DNA of 64,000 bases from Hemiscyllium ocellatum (Eukaryota), in assembly GCF_020745735.1 (NCBI RefSeq), contig NC_083408.1:6089131-6153130 (forward strand), written 5' to 3'. The position numbers and the translations under genes are program-made. The notes below the pieces were generated by a model, which ran no database searches, was not told the DNA's origin, and worked only from the letters and a program-made list of their open reading frames with translations. This document shows, piece by piece, positions 51,501 through 64,000 of the stretch (position 1 is its first letter; each line of letters begins with the position of its first letter).

Positions 51501-53739
51501 CAGAGGGTCCTGAGTCTGGGTTTTGCTGTTCATCTGGTGCCTGGGATGGAATTGCGTGACAGTGAATGTGAGTTCGCTTTATAAAGAGGATGTGCAATTC
51601 ACGAATTGTGTTGCAGACAAGTTGTTTTTGATAAACATGCATTATTGGAGAACTGTCTGTATACTGAAGGGAGGATCAAAATTGATGGACCAAAGCAACT
51701 ACAGCAATTCCCCTTTTAGATATCCCGATGTTTAAACATGTTTAGTGATATGAAAACTGAACGGGGCAAATCGCATTGAGGAGATTTTCTCCACTGTCTA
51801 GAATGGGAGATGCTCAATGTGTTGAATGACATCCTCCTTTCCAGATGTTTCTGTGCAGTCTGTGGAATAGCGCTGCAAATGTTGTCACAAGCTCTCAGAC
51901 GTTCGGATGGAGGTCTCTGCAAGAACGTTAGGACTGTGTTTCCCGCTTCCATTTCCAACAACAAGGCTATATCCAGGTTTTATTCTTTAAGTACGATGAG
52001 GGGTTTGATACAATTAAGTGTATTGCTTGCAAGTTTCAGAGACCATTGAAGAGTTTATCACATGTCTGTGTGTCTGGGGTCACTTTTAGACAGACCAAGA
52101 AAGCACGGGATACTAACTTCCTGAAAGTACACTGGAAAAGGAAAATTATGTTTACAATCAATATTGGCTTCAAGGTCACTTTCTGGACAGCAGATTTTAG
52201 ATCTCGATATTTTATTAATTGTTTTTAACTTCCACCAGCTGCCAGATCATTAGCCTGGTCTGAATTTGTAAGCCATTGACATTTCCATAACACACCATCT
52301 CCACAAGGGGACCTGCCGGAAACCACATTGAGCATGTTATTCCTGTGCAGCTTGACAACTCTGTCACAAAGTGCTCCCACTAAAGTGTCAATCGTGATCG
52401 GACTGAGGGGGTGGTAATTGGACAGATTGTAGTTATTCCCTCTTGGGAACTGGATGTAGTTGAGTAAGTTTCCACATTGCCAGAAAGATGTCAGATTTGG
52501 AGCTGGAATGTAACAGCTTCTCCGGGGACACGGCTTGTTATGCAGCACAAGTCTTCAGTCCCATTGCAGGAATGGTGTCAGGGCCCATTGCCTTTGTCGT
52601 ATACATTGTGTTCAGCTGTTTCTTCGTGTTTCGTGCAGTGAATCAAATTGATTAAAGGCTGCCATCTGTTATTCTGAGGGCATCATGATGAAGGTGAGGC
52701 GAATCATCCACCCAACACTCCTGGCTGAAGAGGTGCAGGCACTATATCCTTATCTTTTACACTGATGTATAGAGCAGTTCTATTATTTAGAACGGAGATA
52801 CTTGTGGAGACCTCTCATCCAGTGAGTTGTTTAATAGTCCATTGACATTTATAATGGATGTGACAGGACTGCAAAACTTAGATCTGATCTGTTGACCTTG
52901 TGATAATTTTGCCCTCTCTGTCAGATGTTAGGCCTGCTATTTGGAATGTAACCGGTCAAGTATCATAGCTTTAATGGTTTGTCATCAGGATTAGGTATAC
53001 ATGGTTCTGACTCTGGTATTTGCAACCACGCTCCTGACTGAATCATGGATCAGTTTGATGGAAATGGTAGATTGAGAGATTATCTCAGGGAAAAAAGTTA
53101 CAGTTTGTGATTGAACGCAATTCTGCGGCTGCTGCTGTGATCTACATCATCACATAAATGACCAGCTTGAGCTGCAATATCTGTCATTCAATTCTACTGA
53201 CTGACTTCCAATACACACCGAGACCCATTCACCCATCAGCACTGTACTCAGTGATCTAACCTAGTTTCTGATGTGGTGGTATTTCCATTTTCATATTCTC
53301 ATTCTGTTAGGATCTCTTCATGGTGTCACGCCTCGAATTTGTCATATTACTTAATTTTTTAACATATTCATGTCAATCTTTTCCATAGCCATAATAACAT
53401 CTTCTATATTTAAAATGAATGTGTTTCCATCTATTTCTCTCCCTGACCACGGTTAGGAGCTCTGCAGTGCCCGTGATGCAGCATTATGAACCGTCAGAGC
53501 CAATGAATCTGTGCACCTAGTGTTATTGTACACTTCCCTGGTTCAAAGCGCTACGTATTGGACAGAGATTATGAGAATCTTTGACAGATATCTGTGGAAC
53601 TAGTTCGAAAGCTGACATAGCTGAAGAAACTAACAGGTCTAGCAGCATTTTGAGGAATGAAAGCAGAATTCATTCAGTTTCTCCAGAAATATTTGTGTTT
53701 TTATTTCCAGTATCCATAAATATTTGTTAATTTGAAAAT

Positions 53740-55030
53740 TTGTGCTGTTCCGATTCAACCCTTGAGAAAATCAGCAGGTCTGGCAGAATCTGCAGAGACA
53801 AAGAAACCGTTTTAGCGTTTCAATTCCAGTGTGACACTTCCGCACAATGGAAAAGGATCGGAAAATGGGATTTTTAATCCCTTGCCAGACGTGGGGGAGC
53901 GGGTGATGCGTAAAAGAGATGTGGAAAAATATAAATGGGCTTTTAACAGTGGTGAACGAGAAGATGATATGAAAGATGCGAATGGGGAAAGGGGTTCTCT
54001 CTGGTGAGTGAAAGATAAAGAAGACACAACCTCAAAAGATCATAGCGAGACTAGTAGAGAGAATGTATGAAAATGGAGAATAATCATAATGGGGTCAGGC
54101 TGTGAAATTATCAAATTGAATATTAACTCCTACAGGCTATAACGTACCAAAGTGTGAACTGAGGTGTTACTCGAGCTTGGGTTGTGCTTCCCTAGAACAT
54201 TGCAGCAGCTCAGGACAGAAACGTTAGCAAGAGAACAAGGTGGGTTACTGAAATGGGAAGCATTGAAAGGTCAGGGTTATTCTTACAGACAGAGTGGGAT
54301 TGTTCCTCAAAGCAGTTTCTGTTTAGTCACCTCAGTGTGAAGGATACTGCATCGTGAGCAGAATGACAGGATTTTTTAGATTAGCTTAGATTCAGCCCAA
54401 CAATCCGTACTGAACCTGTGAAGAGTAACGCGCCCAGGCCCATTTTGCTCTAACGGATCTAATACAATGGGCAATTTACCATGGCCAATTCATCTCCCGC
54501 CTACATTTTGGACTGTGGGATGAAAACGGAGCACCCAGTGGAAACCCATGCAGTCGCAGGGAGAACGTGCAAACTCCAGACAGGGGCCGAGTCTGTAAAC
54601 AAACCTGGGTCCTTGGTGCTGTGAGGCAGTAGTGCCAATCACGGAGTCACGGTGCCAGCCTCCAATTGTGTGGAGATTGTTTTGAAACAGTACAAGTGAA
54701 TGAGGGTGCAGTGGGGGCGGCAACGCGAGAGATAGTTCAGTCACAGCATAAGGCCCTGTCCACCATAGTTAAGGTATTCCTGGTTTGAAGAAAAGCCGCT
54801 CACGCCAGAGGCAGCTCACTTGAATATGGCATCATTAAGCAGAATCATCAGAGACGGAAAAACTGGGAGAAATGGGTGACCCTCCGCTGATCATGTGTTC
54901 TGCCATATGCAGAAGTTACCTCTGAATGATTGAAAAGAATCAGACATTGAATGGAGGAGTTCTGACTCACATCTGGTCTGAAGCGTGATGTGGATGGAAA
55001 CCCAGAGGAAGGTCAGTGGGTATTCATGGG
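53740..55030 (-). mobile_element. Penelope-like element remnant (GIY-YIG endonuclease C-terminus plus pLTR)
   Basis: The minus strand at about 54100-54260 reads HFSNPPCSLANVSV..., similar to PLE HFNxPPxSxxxxSVxGLLxCxxEAxRKLEEQHLIFRLGTLQPxGLN; pLTR motif at 53770-53845. Confidence 0.7.
54375..54655 (-). mobile_element. HE1-type SINE nested in the Penelope remnant
   Basis: gggagaacgtgcaaactcca, ggtgctgtgaggcagtagtgccaatcac. Confidence 0.85.
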
Positions 55031-56319
55031 CAGACATTCAAGCATATATCACATAATGCTCCGCAATTATTTGTTTTTGCTCAAAAAGAAGGACTTGATA
55101 AGGAGATGAACCACCCATAGTTGACTAAAGCTCTCAAGGATACCATTCATTTACAAATTGATGAGCATTGATATCGGCCCACATTTAGGATGTTTATTTC
55201 AGGGACTACTGGCAGATGCTAGGCATGAATTTCATCTGTGCTTCCTGTATTATCCCAGAAACCCCTGCCATTGCTGCTCCATCGTCTCCCTGCTCATCAC
55301 CCTTTCCTGATTCCAGGTTCTCCCTCTCCAATTATAGAGCATATTCTCTCAAATTATGGTCACTCACCACATCACCTTAAGCTTTTTGATCCAGTCTACC
55401 TTCCCTGCAGCAGCATCAAGCTGCGTTTTGCGCTGCCACTTTGCCTTTGGTTTCTGTGACTCGGCCTCTCCAATCATGCTGTTTTACACCTTCCACGCAC
55501 ATCTCATTCCAGACAGTTTCCTTCTTGGAGTAAACCATATTGAAAACACCTCTCCCCCTTGCACTGAATTTGCAATGTGAATAAAATTTCAAAAAGTATA
55601 CTCAACCTTCATCTCACTCTGCTAAAGGTAACTGCATGCTTAACGTGTGGTGTAAGAATTCCCTTCGTTATATAGATCTGGTCAGAGATACATCTTCACT
55701 GTAGAGATCATCACCCCCATTAGACAAAGGAATTTAGGTGTTTGATGTCGTTTTAGTACTAGTGAGAATTCCTGCTGCCTTGGTATTGCAACATGGACAA
55801 AAACAAATCACAGTATGAGGTTTGGGCTGAGTGTTGTTTACCTGTCATTTTAAATATCATTTCAAATTTGCAGCGCTTATCTTTAAATGTTTGTTCTTGA
55901 AGTTAGTATCAGATGGTGTGAAGGTGGTTAGGGGTGACATTATAGAAGCTTATAAAATCATGACAGACATGGATAAGGTGAATGGACAAGGTATTTTTGT
56001 CACAGGATAGGGAAGTTCAAACATAGAAGACACAGCTTTAAGGTGAAAGGAGAACGATTTAAAATGGACAATGGGGCAGGATTTTCATGAAGAGCGTGGT
56101 ATCCATATGGAATGAGCTGCGAGAGGAAGAGTGGCAGATGCAAGTACAGTTGCAACATTTCAAAGATGCTTTAACAAACATATGAATGGGAAACATTTCG
56201 AGCCATATAAGCGAAGTGCAAGCAGATGGGGCGAACTTAGTTTGAAAAACCCGTTCAGCATTGGAAATTTGGATCAAAGGGTGTATTTGTGTTCTCGATG
56301 ACTGTATGAATCTAGAAAG

Positions 56320-58320
56320 CGAGGAAAAAGGAAGAAAAGATATGATGTAAGTAAATTAGCAACAAACAGAAAAACAAGCTTCACAAGCTTTTCGGTGTAT
56401 ATATTAAAAAAAACTTTCAAGATGGGTGTGTGACCGAAGTTAGAAATTAAGTCAGGAGAACATATTGAGGACATTTGGAGGGTGTGACAGAGGACCTGGC
56501 TACAGCGAACAAATAATTTACGCCAGCATTTTCCACCATTCCTCACAGGGACTGTAAGTATTTCAATGAGATGAACAAAATGGTAATAGGAGGGAAGCTC
56601 TTGAACAGTCTCTAAAAAACGAACAAAGTTTTTAACAAACGGATAAGAGTTGGGAAGACAAGTAATCAATAATTCATACCTGGCTTTAAAAGAAGTGGTG
56701 ACAGATTGACTAGTGGTACTGTGTGAAATATTCCATAACTGTGTGGATTTCAGGAGTGTTCCAGCGATACTGGAGACCCTCCAATGTGGCACCTGCCTTC
56801 AAGAAAGGAACGAGACAGAAAGCAGGAACCATTTAGCCTCACCATTATTTCTGGGAATCTGTGAAAGTCTGTTATTTAGGAAGGAATTGCAGGGCATTTA
56901 GAAAAGCTTCACGCAGAGTCAGTATGGTTTTGTGAAAAAGAAACTATATTTTGCCTGGACAATCATGTAAGTTTTATCTTCTCTCGAGATCCCTGAGAAT
57001 GTAACAGGTGGACGTGATGAAGAGGACGTAAATATGAGGCTTTCCAGAGATTTTACACCAGGTATCACAAAATCAAGGTTTGTATACAAGACAGCGGCTC
57101 ATAGTATGATGAATAATGCCTTAGCATGGGTTGAGGCTTGGTTAACACATAGAAATCGGAGAGTCAGCATTAATGGATCTTTATGATAAAATGCACTGGA
57201 CTAAAAATAACTGGAGTACCACAAATATCTGTCCAATGGCCAGAGTAATTCGCAATCTATACTGATAGTCTGACCAACGGAGCGGAGTGCAATATACACA
57301 CCAGTTTGTGGATGACACTGAGAATGAAAAAGCAGGTTGTTATTTAATTAAGAGGACTCACAAAAAGAAGCAGTACAAAGGGATTGGAGTGTTCCTTTGT
57401 CTGAAACATAACGTCAGTATGCTGATGCAGCAAGCAAGGAAAGGCTGAGGCACTTGAGGCTGATTTCATTAGAGAAAAGAAGGTTTAGGGGTGACTTGAT
57501 AGAGGTGTACAAGATGATTATAGGTTTAGATAGGGTGGACCATGAGAATCCTTTTCCACGTATGGAGTCAGATATTACGAGGGGGCATAGATTTAAATTA
57601 AGGGATGGTAGATATATGAATGATGTTAGGGATAGATTCTTTACTCAGAGGGTCGTGAGTTCATGGAATGCCCTGCCAGTAACAGTGGTGGACTCTCTCT
57701 CTTTATGGGCATTTAAACGGGCATTAGATAGGCATAGGGAGGAAAGTGGGCTAGTGTAGGTTAGGTGGGCTTCGATCGGCGCAACATCGAAGGCCGAAGG
57801 GCCTGTACTGCGCTGTATTTTTCTATGTTCTATGTAACTAGGTTGATACATTAGGCGGGTTGCTGAGAAAAAAGGGTTGAATTATCTAAAATGGTGAGGC
57901 AATTATTCATTGTGGTTGAAATGAATGAGGGTGATATTACTGAAATGTATAAGATACAGAGTGGACTTGACAAGGTAGATGTGCTTCCACACCTGGGCAG
58001 AGTCTCGGTCGCTGGAACCTAGATACAGAATAGCAGGTGTTGATTTCATTCTGAGGTGCAATTAAAAAAGTCTTCTTTTAGAAAGTAGCGAATGTCTGGA
58101 ATTCCCTAACCTAGAGAGTGGTGGGGGCTGGGTCAATGAATGTATTTACAGACAGGGCGGTTTATTTTCTGACATAACAGTAAGTTGAGGGATACAAAGT
58201 GTTAGCAGAAGAGTGGGGTTCAGCCGTGAAGTAGATCAGCCGTGTATCTATTGAATGACAGTGCAGGCTTGAGAGGCCGAATAACCTGCTCCTGCTCCAA
58301 TTTTGTAAATACTCATGTCT
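56320..58320 (+). mobile_element. Very old CR1 LINE, with a young CR1 nested at 57437-57834
   Basis: Degenerate CR1 motifs ttagcatgggttgaggcttggttaac, gtttgtggatgacac; 3' UTR tagatcagccgtgtatctattgaatgac. Confidence 0.6.
57437..57834 (+). mobile_element. Young 5'-truncated CR1 3' end
   Basis: Open frame LISLEKRRFRGDLIEVYKMIIGLDRVD...FFTQRVVSSWNALP; tail ttctatgttctatg. Confidence 0.95.
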
Positions 58321-59087
58321 GCTTTTAGAAAGTAATTGGTTATTTTACTGGAAGTTGTGTAGTACAATGTTGCATTCAGGGAGAGCAGAGGAATTATTTG
58401 AGTTAACCCTGCGTGGGGTATGGGGGCTGTATTCACAGTGAATCTGGGTCTGTTACATGACCCACATCTCGAGTAGAAGTTACAGAGAAGGGAAGCCTGA
58501 ATACAGGAATTCGGGGTTGGAGGGGGGTTAACTCCTGACTCAGCCTGGATTTCCCAAGTACATTTCCCATACTACACACAACCATCGGAGTGGCCTCAAT
58601 CTGCGCCTGTGTAGCAGGTCTGAAGGATTGAATGGAACATCAGAACACAGAGCTGAGGGACACGAGAGGGCCTTTCGGCCCTTTGACGCTACTCCACCAG
58701 TAAATGTGTGGCTCATCTCATTGTGGTCCCCGCTTTTCTAAACATGCACCATTATCCCTGATTCCCATGTCTGTGGAATATCAAATGAAAGATCCTTGAT
58801 AAAGAATAAAGAGTCAACCCTTCCAAATTTCTGGGAAAGAGAATTCCCACTTGATTGAAATCCCACTTTGTGAATTTCTCCTCGTTCCATTTCTGACTGA
58901 GATTGGAGGTTGTCGCTGTTTCATTTTCTAGTCCCACTCCCCCACTGCTCATAACAAATTTTAGATGTAACCAGGTTGATGATATGGCCAATGATAAAGG
59001 TCTCAGACTGGATCAGGTTCAACGATAGGTACAAGTCAGACAGTTTTCTTTAGTCAGGCACAAGTAACTAATGGACCGAACTAAGGA

Positions 59088-59440
59088 GCATGGTGGACCT
59101 GTGGTTCACACTGCTGCTTCACATCACCAAGGAGCTGAGTTCAATTTCAAACTCGAGCGAACATCTGTGTGGAGTTTGAGCATTCTGCACGTGTCTGTGT
59201 GGCTTTCCTCCCATTGCTCCAGTTTCCTCCCAGAGTCCAAAGATATGCAGCTTAGAGTGGATTGATTATGCTAAATCCCCCACATTGCCCAGGGATGTTT
59301 AGGTTAGGTGGGTTAGTCATGAGAAGTGCAGGATTACATGGAGTGGGTAGGGGGCAGGTCTGGATGGGATGTTGTTCGGTGGGTCGATGTGGACTCAATG
59401 GGGCAGAATGTCCTGCTTCCACACTGTCGAGGTTCTCTGA
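59088..59440 (+). mobile_element. HE1-type SINE (degenerate, near full length)
   Basis: gcatggtggacctgtggttcacactgctgcttcac...gtgtggagtttgagcattc...gactcaatggggcagaatg. Confidence 0.85.
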
Positions 59441-59944
59441 CAATGGCAACGAGTTTGGACTATACAAACATCCAGTCGATGTCAACCTGCTCCACTCTCC
59501 TCATACTCTTGTACGTTTCAATAATATCACCTCTCATTCCAAGAGTAACCTGTTAATGCCTCCATAGTATAAGCCCTTCATCTGTGGAATACGTGAAGTG
59601 TAACATCGCTGAACTGCTTCCAATGTAATTATATCCTTTCGCCGGTAAGTCGACAAAAAACATTTACACACAGTTGAGGTTAATTGTTGTTTCTCAGTGT
59701 TGTCAGTCTTTGGAACTCAATTCCACCGCAGACCATTGGAGGCAAAGGTATTGAATATTCTTTGAGGCACAGACAGAATGTTACAAATAACAACTGAGTG
59801 AAAGATTATCGGGGAATGGGCAGGAATACGCAGTGTGGGGAAAATGCTGACTGTGGTACAAAATCACACTGCTCCAGAACATCCAGGAATACAATGCAAC
59901 CCGAAATGATAACTTAGGTAAATTTTAAAATGATAAAATAGAGT

Positions 59945-60125
59945 TCCAACGGATCATTAGAGGCAGACCACTCGTCGTGGTTTAAACTGAGTATCTGCAT
60001 ACCCCGGTGACAGGGTGAGGATGAGAGAGCGTCTCCTTCATGGTAACCTCTGACAGTGTGGAGAGTTGAACCTGCCCTGCTGGCCTCCCTCTGCATCACA
60101 AACCAGCAGTCCAGCCAACTGAGTG
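59945..60125 (-). mobile_element. tRNA-derived SINE of a different family
   Basis: The minus strand begins actcagttggctgg (A-box-like) ... ggttcaactc (B-box-like) ... gaggttaccatgaagg. Confidence 0.6.
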
Positions 60126-61459
60126 GGAGACTGTGTAACCGTTACAGACAGAATCAGTCACAGACAAAGTGCAAGAGAAACATTCATAACAAGGTTTAAA
60201 GTATAATTCAGATAATGGTCAAGATAACGGCCGAGGATAAAAAGTTTCTCTGCTCGAAATTGTAATTTAAACCGAGACAACTGTTTCGAACTTGTCTCTG
60301 GCTGAAGACAATAAGTGAGACAAGTGAAATAACTACAATAAGTAAATGTGATTGGATGTCGATAATCATAAAATAAGTGCATATATTGATTGGTCTACGT
60401 AAAATGCACTTATCATTACATAGAAGCATAAAGCTGATGGATTATATTGGAAGAGAATCTATTCCCATAGGAACTGCCCTCGAATAGGCATTTCAAGTAA
60501 ACCGGGGTAAAAGTGCCTCAAGCGTTTTCTGTTCAGTGACAGGAATCCAGGGCGTTGAATGACTGAAATGTCTTGTAACATGGAGTTGAGAAAACCATCT
60601 GATCAGCAGCGATCTTATTAAACGCTAAAGCACGTTTGAAGCGACGAATGGCCTCATGGTGGATTTGAACTGTATGTGATTTGAGAAACGTGCATCTTTG
60701 CTCATTCGCCTTCTGTTACCTCTTGGGGTATTGACTTTTTCCGGAAAATGCGAATTATTTGGAACATTATCTGGAGAATTCCTGATTTGGCCCCCTCCAG
60801 AATATTCTATCACAATGTGGCAGTATTGGAAAGGCAACAGAGATGAGAGAGAGGGAGGTAGAAAGGTGCTGCATGCAGTAGCGAAAGAGGTGGAGCATAA
60901 GCCTTGTTGAGGCGATTCCGTAAGTATGAGGTTGCAGACACAATATGGTGACCCTTATTCTGGCAGAGCGGTGAAGGTTAATGATCATTGTTGTGTATTA
61001 CCGGAAATTTCCTCAGACAGCAGATTTTACACTGAGCTGGGTGGTGTGTTCAGCCCATGCTCGGTGGGTCTGGTGGTTCAGCCTCCTCTGGAATGAGAAT
61101 GAACCCCCTCTGAACTCGCCCATGCACCAGAACCTCTATACACCTGATGAAAAGCATGGTATAATTGCCCCTTATCTGCCCTGCTTAAGGTAATCTATGA
61201 AGGGCAGCTCCACACTGAGAAAGCTTAACTGTGCGTTCATTGGCCTTTTAAAGATGGCATCAGTGTCAGGGATCACGGAATACCCCGGGGTATTCGGGCG
61301 TTGGGAAGTACCTCCAGCCATGATGGGTGGGAGAATTGCGTTGGCATTGAATGAGAGGGACATCATAGGGTGGGGTGGGTAGTTAATGAGGTGAGTCCGT
61401 AAGATAGCACCAGGAAACTAGGTCGGCCTCGTGCAGACAATCCCTCTGTCACAGTTAAT

Positions 61460-64000
61460 GAAAATGGCACTGAGACAAATTATTGTTATATTAAGCCCAG
61501 TGAGTCGAAGACCATGCAGACAAAATTCCCAGTTACAAAGCTGCAGAACAAATGCTCAGCCAATATTTTCCATCATTTGAAGAGACACCAGCATCCCGTT
61601 CAACCATCATTCCTGGCAATACTGGCTCATGTTGCAGGATGATGTCCAAATATCTTCATTTCAGCGTTCTGAAACCTGTGATCTCACATGATTTTCTTTC
61701 TCAATCTCCTTTTCTCTTTTTTCCTAACATCCTTTTGTTGGTACTTAAACTGATCCCCCCCACCGTCTCTCTCTGACAGGAACGAGGGAATAGGGAAGAT
61801 GGACTATGGGATAAGGACTTTGTGTCAGAGTGATAATGCAACTGGACGGGTAATTCAGAGGCACAGATTATGACTCCAAAGGTTTAATGTCTTACCACAA
61901 CTGATACGAGAGCTTAAATTCGAATGACAAAAGTTGGAATGAAACATAATTTTACCCATGGAAAACAGAAACCATCAGGATTTATTTTCACTGATAGCCT
62001 TTGGTAAAGCAAGTTAACATTATTGCCCAATCTGTACTAAGTTTATCTTCAGACTCACAACAAGGTGGTTGGCTCCATATTGTCTTGACAAAGTACCTCA
62101 CAGTCAAGGGTATTTAGTGATCGGCAACAAATGCTGTCGTTGCCAGTGATGCTGACATCCCGGGAAACAGCAGCATTTAAAGTGAAATAAACCAAGGAAT
62201 TGTAGATGCTGGAGATCTGCAATAAAATTCTCCAGCGTCTGAAAATCTTGGCGAATCTCAACAGGTATGGCGACCTCTGTAAGGAGAAACACGGATAACC
62301 ATACGAGTCCAGTGACCCTGCCTCACAACGGGAAGCAACTGGGAAATAATATTATTTATTCTGGTATCAGGGATAGTTGAGTTGGAGGGAGAGATGGGTG
62401 GAGAAATGGACTGAAAGAGACAGAAAAAAGAAAAGCGAGCAAAGGTATTGCTGATGATGAACTGAAAGTAAGATAGAATGGGAAATTATTCTAACGCTTC
62501 CCCTTTCCCAAAATTCCTGAATATCACGTCTATTTAGGATGTCTGTTTAAAGTGAGTTACATTCCCAATGACTGTCTTCTCTAAGTGTGATAACCTACTC
62601 CATTGGCAATGCTGGAACTGCCCTTATAGTTGCTGAGATACAGATAAACGCAATGTTCCATTGTCAATTCTTGAGACAGTGGAACTGTTACTGTGGGACT
62701 GTGCAGAGATGTAATGGTTTCTCGGCCAGGAAGAGAAACTGAGGAAATGGAGGCGTTTTCAACACTGAATGGGAGCGCCATGTATGTGGAGAATTGCCTT
62801 TCTCCTGGCTTTGAAAAGTCAGTGGAGGCTCTGTGGACGTTTTTCTTAGGTTTGTGTTGTCAGCTGTTGGGGTCATTCAGGGAGACCCAAAGGTCTGGTT
62901 ATCCCACTCTGGACACTGCATTTACAGAGTGTCTGGTTCCATGGTAAACAAATGGAGCGGAGAACCTTGTCTAAGCTGGACTCATTGCACGTGTAAAGTG
63001 TGAAACCAGGTTGTTGAAGCTATGAGGTAATCACTGAGCTGTAGCCCCTCCTTCAGTATGACCTGTAGCCTCACACAAGGGACAGGTCTGTACTGACACT
63101 CACCATGAAGTGAACTGGATTGATTCTGGAACATTACAGGCAGTGGTGGGTGACACATCCACCATCTCCGGAGTGCAGTCCTCCGATGTATCACGAGCTG
63201 ACAGAAGCCATCTGCCTGCTGACAGGAATATAGTGGTTCTGTCGCCACAGAGAAAGGTACCGAAACAAACAGAGTGACTGGTGTAATAGAGGAACTGCAT
63301 GACATTAGAATTAATAAAAAAAGTATGTCTTTGAAAGTGTCATTGAACTGAAGGTTTGTAAGGTGAAGCATCTGACGAACTGCTTTCAAGAGTATTGAGG
63401 AGGTGGCAACAGAGCTAATATTGATTATTCTTCAAAGCTGCTTGGTTTTTGGAAATGATCCTACAGATTGGAAAGCAGCTATTGTTAAACTAAATATTTA
63501 AAACAGGAAAGAGAGAGAAAGCAGAAAACTGTTTACTGGATTGGTTGAAGTCAGATGTGAGAAATAATAATAATAATAATAATAATTATTGTAGCCTTTT
63601 AATTGAATGTGACTACTTATCACTTGGAGAATAATCATATGATTTTGCAGAGTTCGCCTCGATTCAGGAAAGGGCATTGATCTTTGATAAACCTGCTGGG
63701 TTTTGTGGACATTGCTCGTTGTGACACCAACAATTGAGAACCAGTGGGAGTGGACAATTTGAATTTTTAGCAGACGTTTGACATGGTTGAATTGGGTGAA
63801 TAGGGAATGTTAGTGTCTGTGCGTAGTTATGGGTGGAATATATACCACATCGATTAAAAATTGGGTAATGGAGGTACGGGAAGAGTAGTGTTTTTTTTCC
63901 TGGACTGAAGGTTTGATGGGTGGCAGAAAGATCAGTGTTTGGGCAATAGCTGTTCACAAGGTTAAAAAAATGATTCAGATGTGAACAACAAATACCATCG
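61460..64000 (+). repeat. Segmental duplicate of the GPCR intron (paralog at about 12790-15920)
   Basis: Collinear matches: tggcaaagacagaaactattgt vs tggcactgagacaaattattgt; shared DeuSINE then pLTR order; ttttcttgggtttgtgttatcagctg vs ttttcttaggtttgtgttgtcagctg; cagctgttcacaaggcaaagaaatgatttgaatgtgagcaacaaata vs tagctgttcacaaggttaaaaaaatgattcagatgtgaacaacaaata. Confidence 0.82.
63563..63586. repeat. (AAT)8 microsatellite
   Basis: Directly visible. Confidence 0.95.

Larger units (their letters stand above)
48580..57300 (+). repeat. Segmental duplicate copy B (paralog at about 35200-41560)
   Basis: See copy A; copy B has extra sequence at about 51050-51700 and 54060-55680. Confidence 0.85.

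Noticed and set aside
56274-56792. 172-aa minus-strand ORF
   Set aside because: Antisense to a decayed CR1
60373-60413. miR-430/302-like pre-miRNA (TAAGTGC)
   Set aside because: The stem is only 10 bp, the seed continues with A rather than U, and it is not in a clustered array
60640-60925. Possible exon 1 of the second GPCR copy ending at a GTAAGT donor (about 60920)
   Set aside because: All frames contain stops and lack the YYxxLAxxGxP motif and the 42-bp repeat

Overview
This is eukaryotic, repeat-dominated, mostly non-coding DNA from a cartilaginous fish, probably a shark. The organism is inferred from HE1-type V-SINEs, SacSINE1-type DeuSINEs, CR1/HER1-type LINEs with short tandem 3' tails, an L1-clade LINE and Penelope-like remnants. 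Almost every ORF in the supplied track is a decayed LINE fragment, its antisense shadow, or a microsatellite translation. The only host-gene signal I can support is a first coding exon (12451-12712, +) of a shark GPR139-like class A GPCR. It has an N-terminal 14-aa tandem repeat, an in-frame TAG and a canonical phase-1 donor. No intact second exon is visible in the window, so it may be a pseudogene or have a very long intron. The region is built from old diverged segmental duplicates (about 12.8-15.9 kb / 61.5-64 kb, 17.4-18.5 kb / 58.0-59.1 kb, 35.2-41.6 kb / 48.6-57.3 kb), consistent with a decaying tandem receptor cluster. It also holds clear nested insertions: a near full-length L1 split by two CR1 copies, and a CR1 split by a younger CR1 and a TA-flanked Tigger-like MITE. 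Penelope-derived repeats retain minimal hammerhead ribozyme cores. I found no prokaryotic-type system, CRISPR array or intact novel ORF. Repeat family names come from recalled consensus sequences rather than a search. TE boundaries are read by eye and are approximate unless stated.
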